DNA of 64,000 nt from an uncultured Pseudomonadota bacterium (GTDB taxonomy: Bacteria; Oederibacteriota; Muellerivitia; Muellerivitales; Muellerivitaceae). Within the stretch, counting starts at the first letter, position 1, and each line of letters starts with the position of its first letter. Shown here piece by piece: positions 17,406 to 27,200 of this stretch. Made by a program: the position numbers and the translations under genes. Under the pieces are notes generated by a model, which saw nothing but the letters and a program-made list of their open reading frames with translations, did no database searches and was not told where the DNA came from. The stretch covers positions 128,001 through 192,000 of the forward strand of contig CAVYRH010000004.1 in NCBI GenBank assembly GCA_963770835.1, read 5' to 3'.

Positions 17406-18977
17406 ATGAAAACCATCGGAGCGGCATCAATGGGTTTACCTCGCAAGAAATCCCTTCTTTTCAAGTTTCGTGAAGCCTTTTGGCGTTTCTTTGCCATGCC
17501 GGCAGGGAATACCCCAAAACATTCCCGCCTCACGGCTATCCAAAACCCGAGGGGTTCCGCGCTCATCATGGCCATCATGTTCATGATCGTGGGGGCCCTT
17601 TTGGTGACGGTTGGAACCCAACTGGTCACCACCGCCCGCAAGAATGCCAACCAACAGGCCTATGCGGTGGCCATGGCGCAAAACGCCGCCCAAGCGGGCC
17701 TGGAGGATGCCATCGGCTGGTTCAAGCGCCAGAGCACCCAGCCGATCGCGGCCCAACCCGCGTCCAACTACGGGTCCCTTCCCAACTATCCCACGCCCGT
17801 CTATCCCGTGACCATCTCGACCAACGTCGGGACAATGGCGGTAAGCTACGCCGACGAAGCTTTCTTTCCGGTTTACAACACCGCCAGCCCCGTGTCCACC
17901 GACACCATTGACCCCTACGCCGGCACGGTAACGGGCATCGGACTGGTCAACGAATTTTCCCCGGACGGGGCCGGCAGCGTTTCGCAGGCCGCCACCGACG
18001 GCTCCCAGCCCCGGTGGGAAAGGTACGAGGTTTACCGGCAGCAATACGGGGCGAACCCCAATCCCCCTCCCCCCACCCCCGTCCCCGTCCACGACGTGAC
18101 CGGGGAAAGGATGTACGGCAAGTTGGACGGACAGGGCTATGTTTGGTCCCTCCGATCGACCGGTTATTATTACATCCGGAGGGATTTCACCAAGAGCGTT
18201 TCGGCCCCCTATTACTGGGCCAAGGATTACAAAACGCCCCCCAACACGCTCCTGGCGACGGCCCGGATGGCCACCGAGATCCGCAAAATATCCACCACCA
18301 TGCCCTGGGGGGTCAACTCCGCCGTCTATATGCCCAACGTCAGCGCATTAAACACGGGAATTGAAACCTACGTCTCGAACGCGGGCCAAAGCGGAGCCTA
18401 CTCCTGGGCCCAAGTCAACGGGGGCAAACCCGTGACGGCGGGGCCCAAAGAGGTGGTGGGAAGCGGCGTCACCGAATCAAGCACCGCGGGCCTCAAGGAC
18501 GCCAACGTTTTCGGAATGCTGATCGGCGAGTTCGCCAATTTGGATTCGGTGGTCAAGCCCACGACGACCACGAATTTCGCGGGCATCCCCGCGAACAGCA
18601 TTATTTATTACAATGGAAACCTGACCATCGACCCGGCCGGGGGCAACTCCAATTGGTACGTCATCGGGAACAACGGAAGCCAAACGGGCCTCCTGATCGT
18701 CAACGGGAATTTCACGATGAATTCCTCGGCGACCCAGCAGAACGCTTATTACGGGCTGGTTTACGTGACGGGGTCGGTGAACCTGTCAGGGAGCCTTATC
18801 GAAGGCGCCCTTATCCTGGGCAGCGCCGGCACCGGGGTGACCCTGACCTCCAACAACGGGAATCCCGCCGCCATCTACTACAACGCCACCATGCTTCAAA
18901 GAATGCAAACGGTTGTTTCCGGATACTTGGAAGATATTTCCGCCCGGAAGATATTCCTGGCGATACCGAGCGAATAA
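17406..18977 (+). CDS. PilX/GspK-like minor pilin
   Basis: 'RG|SALIMAIMFMIVGALL' without Glu5, followed by PilX-type 'AQNAAQAGLEDA'; C-terminal Gly/Asn-rich beta-helix-like repeats; exact start uncertain. Confidence 0.75.
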   Translation: MKTIGAASMGLPRKKSLLFKFREAFWRFFAMPAGNTPKHSRLTAIQNPRGSALIMAIMFMIVGALLVTVGTQLVTTARKNANQQAYAVAMAQNAAQAGLEDAIGWFKRQSTQPIAAQPASNYGSLPNYPTPVYPVTISTNVGTMAVSYADEAFFPVYNTASPVSTDTIDPYAGTVTGIGLVNEFSPDGAGSVSQAATDGSQPRWERYEVYRQQYGANPNPPPPTPVPVHDVTGERMYGKLDGQGYVWSLRSTGYYYIRRDFTKSVSAPYYWAKDYKTPPNTLLATARMATEIRKISTTMPWGVNSAVYMPNVSALNTGIETYVSNAGQSGAYSWAQVNGGKPVTAGPKEVVGSGVTESSTAGLKDANVFGMLIGEFANLDSVVKPTTTTNFAGIPANSIIYYNGNLTIDPAGGNSNWYVIGNNGSQTGLLIVNGNFTMNSSATQQNAYYGLVYVTGSVNLSGSLIEGALILGSAGTGVTLTSNNGNPAAIYYNATMLQRMQTVVSGYLEDISARKIFLAIPSE

Positions 18978-19007
18978 GGGCCCGGGCAAGGGAGAAGGAA
19001 GGTAATT

Positions 19008-22000
19008 ATGGCCATCAAAAGGTTGAATTCGCGGGGCATGACGATCATCGAAATGCTGATCGCCGTGGGCATCATGGCCTTCATGGCCTCGGCCGTGGTC
19101 CTGGCCCGCCAATACATGGCCAAACAAACCCAAAAGACATCGGACAAGGTCTTCGCCACCCAAAAAGCCATCCAGATGTTCGAGGAAATGCGGGCCCTCG
19201 CCGCCCAGGGCGGATCGACGGGCTTCGCGACGCTGGACAATTACAACGACGGGAGCAACTACGAGGATATCCTGACCACGGACAAAAGCGTGTCCGCGCC
19301 CGCGGACCCCTTGAGCGCCAACAAGAACATCGGATACTGGAAATTCTGGCGCCAGGTTTCCGTCGTCCACGTCGTCCAGGACCCGTTCGCCCGCATCGTC
19401 AACGTCCGCGTCTACGGCGGCCAAAAAGGCAACACGGCGGACCCGGGGAACCTCCTGGCGGAAGTGGGGGGCATCCTGCGGATCACCTACACCCCGGTCC
19501 CCCCCACCCAAGAATATGACGTTTACGCGCTGGCCCTTTCCAACGAACTGGGATGGTTCACAAATGTTCCCAATATGTTGAACGCCTTCGAGTCGGCGGT
19601 CAACGCGGTGACCGTCATCAACCCCGGGCTTATCATCCGGCAACACGAGATCACCCAGACGGCCTTCGGGCGTGACTTTTTTTACAACCCCTACATCAAC
19701 CAGGCCCAGGACACGGCCACGGCCGTCATGCCCTGGATCTACTTTTACACGGGCAACACCCCCGAGACGTCGGGCACCACCCCGGGCACGGACACCATGT
19801 TCTTCAGTCCCGTCCAATTGCAGGGGCTGGGGGGCATCAACCTCGACGGCACCATCGAGCCAGCCAACGGTTATTCCATGTGCGACATGTATAACGCGGC
19901 CATGCGGTACCCGGATGAGCTGGCGGCCTACCAGGCCGTTTCACAGTCCGTTGCCGCCCAGGGTACCACCTATCAGATGACCCTTCGGATGCTGTTGGAA
20001 AAGATGAACAGCCAGCCCGCGTCCATCATGAACCCCCTGGTCATTTCCATGCACGGGGAAGTCCTGCCCCTGGTCAATATGCATAATTACTCGGACGCGG
20101 CCAAGGACCCCACGAACGCCACCACCTGCGCGGGCCCCAATATGCGGGTCGTGACCCACCCCGACCTCATCCATTACCCCTCCACCAGTTCGGGCAGGGC
20201 CGTTTCGTTGAGGGTTTACGCCTATTACGACGGTCTCCTCACCCCCGGCAACTTGAACGCCACCTATCCCCCCGGCAGCGTCGCCAGCACCATCACGGTT
20301 TATTTCCCCTCCCTCAAGTTCATCGCCAGCGACCTTAATGTGACCGCGATCTCCGGCGGGATCAATCCCGTCGGTGGGACGGCTTACCGGTACTACGCCA
20401 CGAATATCAACCAGGGAAGCGGGAACGCCACCATGGGAATGTCCTGGAGCATGAGCAACCCGGGCCTCAATACCAACGACACGGCCATCACCCTTTACAA
20501 TACCCCCTTAAGATGCGAGGCCGTCACCACCGCCGGCGTCACCACGGGGCTTTTGCCCGCCAACCTGCTCTATAACACCGAATACATTCCCTGCGACGCC
20601 GTTTCCACCAGCCCGGTTTCCACTAATGGTTTTGCCGCCAATCTCACCACGACAAACACCACCGAGCCCGTGAATACGGCCCGTTGGATTATTTCGTTCA
20701 AGACCGCCAATAGCGTCACCATTTCGGACGGGCAATATGCCGTGGAAACGCGCTTTGGAACAAACTTGACAACCGGTAATTATCCCCCCACGAACAACAA
20801 CCTCATGTCCAACCTGTCCCGGACCTATGTTTGGATCGGCACGGGAACCAATGCCGGCTCCCCCTGGGGCGGGTCCGGCGTGACGCCCTTCACCGAACGC
20901 TACCAGTACAACGGCGACCCCCGGCATTGCCCCTACCTGGATTGCAAATACGGAACCGTCGCCATGAGAACCACCGACATTGAGGCAGGAGGCACCACCG
21001 TCGACGCGGCCAGTTACAACTGGTATTGGAGGTCCATTGGAACCGACAACCCCAACGGCAACCAAGGGGACGGCTACACAGGTTTCACCAAGACCACCGC
21101 GGGTTTCGACGGCCAGCCCACCGGCGCCAATCCCAACGGCGACATGCGGGACATGCCCCGCTATTACTATACCTACCGCCAGGGCATCATGAATACCACC
21201 GGGATCTTTACCAACCTCAACGGATGGACCTGCTGGCACGCCAGCGAGGGCGGGGAGATCGGCGGCACCTACGATCCTTTCGCCAGTTCCCTGCAATTTA
21301 TCGACACGCCCTGGGACCCGGCCGATAGCGCGGTCGAAAACATCGACGAAGAACAAAAATCCAACGATTGGGACCCGGCCGCGATTCCTGTGTCCGCCAC
21401 CCAATCCACGGCGCGGGTCGTCATCTACAACAATTCCAAATCCCTGAATCCCACCACGACCTGGTATGAAAAATCGTGGCTGGGGGAGTTGTACCCGGAT
21501 TTGGGGGCGGTGGCGGGGGTTACTTACGCGGTCACTTGGATCAATAACGGAAACCTTCCGACCGTCCAGTTCTGGCGGGTGCCTTTTGAGGCCGTCTCGG
21601 TGGCCGGCGGCGGCACGACCAACGGTTTCGACACCAAACGGCACTCCCAATGGGGGGTCGGCTCGAGGGGGCCCGCGGCCTTCATGAATGGGGCGGTAGG
21701 CACCTCCGGCGCCGCCATCAACTGGGGCCTGGCGGCCGACGGCGGCGGGGGCACGGGCAACGTATCGGATATCACCAACCTGGGCATCAACCTCTACAAC
21801 ACCACCAACTTCGTCATGGGAAGCCCGGTGAGCGCGGCCAACACGCGCCCCTGGAACTGTTATTTCAATTTAAGCGCCGACTCCTCGAAAGAACCCCCCA
21901 ACTGGGGGGATTCTTATTACCAGGGCTTAAGGACGACCCTTTCCATTCCCAGCGTCCCGTCCGCCATTAATGCCAACGCCTATTCCCGGATCATTTACAC

Positions 22001-22739
22001 CTCGGAAGACACCACCGAAACCGGCGACCTTAATAATTCCGGGACCCCGCAGTGGAACACCCTGGGAACCATTGAGATGGATTACACGCCCCCCGGTGGA
22101 ACCCAGCAAACCGGCTATTTCAACCTTTCCGGCCTGGCTCCCTCGGGCGCCTCGGGCGTCCTGGTCCTGGCCCAAACGGGCCTCAACACCATGCTGCGGG
22201 CCTACTTGGACGCGGGAATCCTCCATCCCAGCGGGTCGCCGGGGCATATCCCCCAGCTTCCCCTATTCCAGGTGAGTACGGGCAACCCCGCCAACCAATT
22301 CTCCAGCCCTTCGGCCGTTACGCTGACCTGGGCCTCACCAGTTTCAAACTGCTCCCTCTGGACCCGTTGGGCGGGTATCGACGGCGCGGCCAACTGGTAC
22401 ACCGAGGAATATCCCGCTTATGCCGCGGGATTGACCATCACCTCCAGCACCTACAGCGAGCCCACAACGGGCACACAGCCGGTCTCGCTGTTCTACGTTC
22501 CCATGTGGTCCGCCAACGGAACCAATTGGATTTCCTGCGTCGACAACGCCACCACCCTGACCCAGGGCAACTATTGGACCCCGGCTTCCCTGGCCACGAC
22601 CCAAATGGCGGTCACCTGGAACACCCCCGCCGGCACGTTCCCCCAGGGCACCTACTCGGTCCAGGTGGACGGTTTCCGGCAGGGCTACCCCCTCCACTAC
22701 AGCTATCACGAGGTGGATGACATCTCCATCACACGGTGA
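19008..22739 (+). CDS. Giant (1243 aa) prepilin-type N-methylation domain protein, PilV/GspI-like
   Basis: 'SRG|MTIIEMLIAVGIMAF' class III signal; Thr/Asn/Gly-rich extracellular body; GGAAGG RBS. Confidence 0.85.
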   Translation: MAIKRLNSRGMTIIEMLIAVGIMAFMASAVVLARQYMAKQTQKTSDKVFATQKAIQMFEEMRALAAQGGSTGFATLDNYNDGSNYEDILTTDKSVSAPADPLSANKNIGYWKFWRQVSVVHVVQDPFARIVNVRVYGGQKGNTADPGNLLAEVGGILRITYTPVPPTQEYDVYALALSNELGWFTNVPNMLNAFESAVNAVTVINPGLIIRQHEITQTAFGRDFFYNPYINQAQDTATAVMPWIYFYTGNTPETSGTTPGTDTMFFSPVQLQGLGGINLDGTIEPANGYSMCDMYNAAMRYPDELAAYQAVSQSVAAQGTTYQMTLRMLLEKMNSQPASIMNPLVISMHGEVLPLVNMHNYSDAAKDPTNATTCAGPNMRVVTHPDLIHYPSTSSGRAVSLRVYAYYDGLLTPGNLNATYPPGSVASTITVYFPSLKFIASDLNVTAISGGINPVGGTAYRYYATNINQGSGNATMGMSWSMSNPGLNTNDTAITLYNTPLRCEAVTTAGVTTGLLPANLLYNTEYIPCDAVSTSPVSTNGFAANLTTTNTTEPVNTARWIISFKTANSVTISDGQYAVETRFGTNLTTGNYPPTNNNLMSNLSRTYVWIGTGTNAGSPWGGSGVTPFTERYQYNGDPRHCPYLDCKYGTVAMRTTDIEAGGTTVDAASYNWYWRSIGTDNPNGNQGDGYTGFTKTTAGFDGQPTGANPNGDMRDMPRYYYTYRQGIMNTTGIFTNLNGWTCWHASEGGEIGGTYDPFASSLQFIDTPWDPADSAVENIDEEQKSNDWDPAAIPVSATQSTARVVIYNNSKSLNPTTTWYEKSWLGELYPDLGAVAGVTYAVTWINNGNLPTVQFWRVPFEAVSVAGGGTTNGFDTKRHSQWGVGSRGPAAFMNGAVGTSGAAINWGLAADGGGGTGNVSDITNLGINLYNTTNFVMGSPVSAANTRPWNCYFNLSADSSKEPPNWGDSYYQGLRTTLSIPSVPSAINANAYSRIIYTSEDTTETGDLNNSGTPQWNTLGTIEMDYTPPGGTQQTGYFNLSGLAPSGASGVLVLAQTGLNTMLRAYLDAGILHPSGSPGHIPQLPLFQVSTGNPANQFSSPSAVTLTWASPVSNCSLWTRWAGIDGAANWYTEEYPAYAAGLTITSSTYSEPTTGTQPVSLFYVPMWSANGTNWISCVDNATTLTQGNYWTPASLATTQMAVTWNTPAGTFPQGTYSVQVDGFRQGYPLHYSYHEVDDISITR

Positions 22740-22742
22740 AAC

Positions 22743-24017
22743 ATGGACAGGAAAAATAAAATTTTAAATTTTAAATTCTCAATTTTGAATTGCCGAAGGT
22801 TTTTCAACCGGCGGTTGAAAAACTTCCGTAACTTCGAACTTCGAACTTCGGATTTAAAACTCGCCGAAAGCCGCCTGCGGGTTTCGGCGGGCGGATGGAC
22901 CTTGATCGAACTGATGCTGGTGATGGCCATGATCGCCATCATCACGCCCGCCATCACCTATCTCTTCATGAAAGTCAGCCAAGGCATGGCCTCGGACGAA
23001 ATGCACACCGAGCTCCAGCAGGGCAACCAGGCCATGCTCAACCGCCTCCAAGTCCACCTCGCCGCGAACCGCCACTGCTTCTTCAACGATAACACGTCGG
23101 GGGGGGTTTCCTTTTTGACCCGCCTGAACCTTACCACGGCGCCCGCCAAGGTGGCAGGGGGGGTGACCCTTTGCGAACCCCAGCCCCAGCCCCAAACCAC
23201 TCCAACCTTTATCTCGGGCTCCTTAAGCCCCAATGCGACTGGGTTCCTGAGCGCCAACGTGGGCAACGCCCTCCTCTTCGCGGCCTATGACGCCCCCCAG
23301 ACGCTCCTTTACCCCACGGGCCCGCCTAAAATATCCACCGCGGTGCCGATCACGGTCACCGGCGCCTCGATAGTCGACTCCAACGGAGTCAAGCAAACGG
23401 CCATCATCGACCTTTACCGCTTTTACTTTTACTATCTCTCCTCCGCCATCACCAAACAGCTTTTCGACGCCACCGATTACAGCCTCATCGAGTGGCAAAG
23501 CATCCAATACCCCGATTACACGGAGATCGCCAACTACAGCCAGGACCCGGTGCTGGAGGGGAATGTCCTGGCCGGAATCAAGGCCGCCGGCATGACGGTG
23601 GCTTGGGATTTCACCCAAAGCGACCCCAACCAGGCCTTCGTCGCATTCGGAACGGCCGCCTACGGGACGAATTCCACTTCGGTGACGGCCCTGAGCGCCG
23701 GCTATACCATCGCCATGGATACGTACAACAACGTGACCGTGACCCGGTCGGGCATTTTGACCTCGGGTTTCCGCTATGGCATCAGCCCCAACACGAACAA
23801 CTGGAAATCCTGCCCGGTCCAGATTCCCCTTTACGCGGCGGTGGCCGCGCCCGGCACGGCTTTTCCCAACGGTTTTGAGGTGGCCGCCAGTTCCAACCCA
23901 ACGGGGCGCCAAATCATGATCCGGAGCGTCTGGGTGGCCGAGGGGGCCAACGGTTCCCGCGTCCGGGCGGTTTATAACGACCTCAATATGGTGGATGAAA
24001 TCTCGGACAACTGGTAG
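22743..24017 (+). CDS. Prepilin-type N-methylation domain protein, PilW/GspJ-like
   Basis: 'AGG|WTLIELMLVMAMIAII'; long leader partly encoded by heptamer repeats. Confidence 0.8.
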   Translation: MDRKNKILNFKFSILNCRRFFNRRLKNFRNFELRTSDLKLAESRLRVSAGGWTLIELMLVMAMIAIITPAITYLFMKVSQGMASDEMHTELQQGNQAMLNRLQVHLAANRHCFFNDNTSGGVSFLTRLNLTTAPAKVAGGVTLCEPQPQPQTTPTFISGSLSPNATGFLSANVGNALLFAAYDAPQTLLYPTGPPKISTAVPITVTGASIVDSNGVKQTAIIDLYRFYFYYLSSAITKQLFDATDYSLIEWQSIQYPDYTEIANYSQDPVLEGNVLAGIKAAGMTVAWDFTQSDPNQAFVAFGTAAYGTNSTSVTALSAGYTIAMDTYNNVTVTRSGILTSGFRYGISPNTNNWKSCPVQIPLYAAVAAPGTAFPNGFEVAASSNPTGRQIMIRSVWVAEGANGSRVRAVYNDLNMVDEISDNW

Positions 24018-24227
24018 GCCTCTAAATCCGGCCGGGCTGAAAACCGGCGAAATTCGCGGAAAAGGCCTTTTTTAAGGTAAAATTAACCCCGAATCGTGCT
24101 CTCGCGCTTAGATATCAGCGCTCATCCGCGCGTGCGAAGCATGCCGATGTTAAACGCGGTATATGGGATAAACAGGGTAAGAGGTGGACTTTTCAATGCC
24201 GGTATTTAAACCAAACAACGGGCCCAT

Positions 24228-27200
24228 GTGATGGAAGAAATCGCATCGGCCCCACAACAACGGCCGGCCGGGTTTCATTTTACCCGCCGCGCCCTTCTCC
24301 CGGCCCTGGCGCTCTTAGCCGCCGGTTGGGGAGCCTCCCCCGCTGCCGCGCAGGCCACCCATTTCGCCTTCATCATCCCGCCTTCCTCGCCGGCGGGCTT
24401 GTACAGCACAACGGTGGGCAGCAACACCGTTACCTTCGAAGTCCAGGCCCAAAACGCCTCCAACGCCGTCGTGACGGGTTTCAACGACGACGTGGTGGCC
24501 GGCCTTTACAGCACCGCCACCAGCCAGGTTTCGGACCCCGAGGCCGTCTACACGAGCGGCGGGATCACTTATATCGGATCCCTCACCCTTTCCTTCGTCA
24601 ACGGCACCGCCAACTTCGGCGTCACGCTTGAGGCGGGGTCCGATTCGGAGCAGCTTGTCCTGCAGGATTTAAGCTCGAACCCGGTCATCGTAGGCACCAA
24701 CTATCCCGGAAGCCTAGGGGTGACCACCGGGGCCGCCATAACCGTTAGGGGTTTCTCAAGCCAGCCCCTTTTCCCCCGGGACATCAATTTCAATGGGACC
24801 AGCGAGAACCCTCCCACCGACGACACCCCCGTCACCTATATTGTCGGTGGGGCCACCGACCCCCTCGCCATAAACGACAACCGGGTTACTTTTTTCGGCC
24901 CCGGGGATTATGGGGACATCGTGCCCCAGGCCCTGGGAACGGCGGGCAGCTCCGGCATCGACACCAATGCGGCTTGTTACCTGATCCAGAACTTCAACGG
25001 AGGTTACGCCGCGGGCGGGGCGGGGGTATCGGTGCGGCTGTGGTTTTCCGCGTCCGCCGGCACCGCCCCCGTGAGCTACCAGGTGATCCTGGATTACGAC
25101 GGGAGCCTGGCGGACTACAACAACCCCAATTCCGCCAAGGACACCGTCCTCCAAGGGGCGGTGACCGCGGGGGTGGGATACGGCTTTTACACTGCGGCGC
25201 CGACGACCCTAGCCGGTTACCAGCCCTACCAGCCCTTCATGCAGGGCAACGGCCAGGTGATCTTCCGGGTCTGGACCGTACCCGGCGATACCGTCACCCT
25301 CAAATACGCCAATGCCAACGTGGGCCCCCCCTACGACGACAACACTATTTCCTTCATCAAGGTGCCCTACTCCTCCCAAAATACCCTGCCCTTGCTCTCC
25401 ACCGTCACCGCGCCCAGCTACACCGGAACCCCCCCCACCCCGCCCTATGTTTTGGCCGGCGCCTCGGCGATAACCCTCATCGACACTTTCAAAAACCAGT
25501 ACTCCAGCCCCCTGACCCAGATTGTTTTCCAGATTCCCGCCGATCCCCTGGGGGTTACCAATTGGGCCATCAGCTCCGTCCCCGCGCCCACCGGCCGCAA
25601 TCCCGGGTGTTCCACGGCTTTTTCACAGCCTTCCGGCACCACGGCCGGCGTCGTGACCCTGACCAGCGCGTCCAATCCCGTCACGACCAACGAAATCCTT
25701 CCCGTCACCATCATCGCCCAGGCCCCCGCCACCAATTATTCCTGGCCCTTGAGCATCATCAGCGCCCTCACCGATACGGGGTCCACCGCGCCCTTTGATT
25801 CCGCATCCGTGGTCGTCAATACCCTGGAGGCTCCCGACACGCCCGGCTCCTTCGCGGCCGTCCCGGCTAATTACGCCGGCACGGGAGGGCAGATTTCGCT
25901 TTCCTGGAACCAGTCGGTCAGCCAGAGCCCCCTGGGTTATGTGATCACCCGAAGCCCCGGCGGCGGCCCTTTTGGAACGGTCACCCTTCCCAGCGGGTTG
26001 GTGGTCAGCAATGCCATTACCATCACTCCCGCCTCCACGGCCGTGACGGTGGACACCAACGTAACCAATCTAACCGGCTACACCTATACCATCCAAGCCT
26101 TCAACACCGTCACCCAATCGGCCGCCGCGAACGCGGGCCCGGTGACGGCCTATGCCGATCCCGGCGCACCGGGCAACGTGGTTGCCCTGACTGGGGGGAA
26201 CACCGTCCAGTTGAGTTGGGCCGCGCCGGCTTCCGTGACGGCCGGTTCCTACGCCGTGACGGCGTACCAAGTCTACCGGGGCACCTCCTCCGGCGGGGAA
26301 AGCGCCACTCCCATCGCGGCAGTGACCACGTCCCTCTCACCGGTGACTTACGTGGACACGCCTCCCGTGTCGCCTGGAACCACTTACTACTATTACCTTT
26401 CCAGCATCGACACCCAATACAGCGGCGGCCCAACCTTCGGCCCCCACGATAGCGGCCCTTCGGCCGAAGTTTCGGGCTTTCCGCCCGGCAACCCGCCCAA
26501 CAACGCGGCCGTCACCCTTGAAGTCATCGGCCCGCCCGCCACCCTGATGGTCAGCTGGACCGCGCCGGTAAGCGACTTGAACTCCATCACGAAGTACTAC
26601 ATTTGGAAGGAAACGGATAGCGGAGGGTTTGGGGCTTCGGCTTTCGCCACCGTGGGAGCGGCCTCCGTTTCCGTCCTGGACGGAGTGGTGACCACGGGCC
26701 ATACGTACAGTTATTTCGTGCAGGCGGTGGATTCCCTTAACAATATCTCGAACGATTCGGCCACCGTCACGGGCCAGGTCGGGCCTTCGCCCCCCACGGG
26801 CCTTACGGCCCCGGGCTACGCGAACAGCGTGACCTTGACCTGGAATTCCAACCCGGCCAACCAAAGTGTTACGGCCTACATCATCGAGAGCAACGGAAGT
26901 TTCTTGCCCCCCCTAGTGCCGGCTCCCGGCGGGGGCGGCCCGGTGACGGATTTTGACACCACTCCGGTCCAGGGAACCAATTACGGCTACCAGGTGGCGG
27001 GGATCAACAATACGGGCGTCACGGGAACCTTCTGCGCGGCGGTCACTTCGGCGCTGCTGCCTCTCGTGCCGAACAGTTTCACTGCGTCAGTCTCGCAGAC
27101 GGGAGTATCTTTCATCATGGACTTGAACTGGACCGCGCCAAATTCCGGCGGAAACGTCACCGCCTATAATGCCCGGTACAACACGACGAACACCTTTGGC

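Noticed and set aside
18786..21650. Long antisense ORFs (18786..19817, 20508..21650) and similar ones opposite nuo, gnd and ABC genes
   Set aside because: Shadow frames expected from GC-rich codon bias; no motifs or RBS; fully overlap well-supported genes
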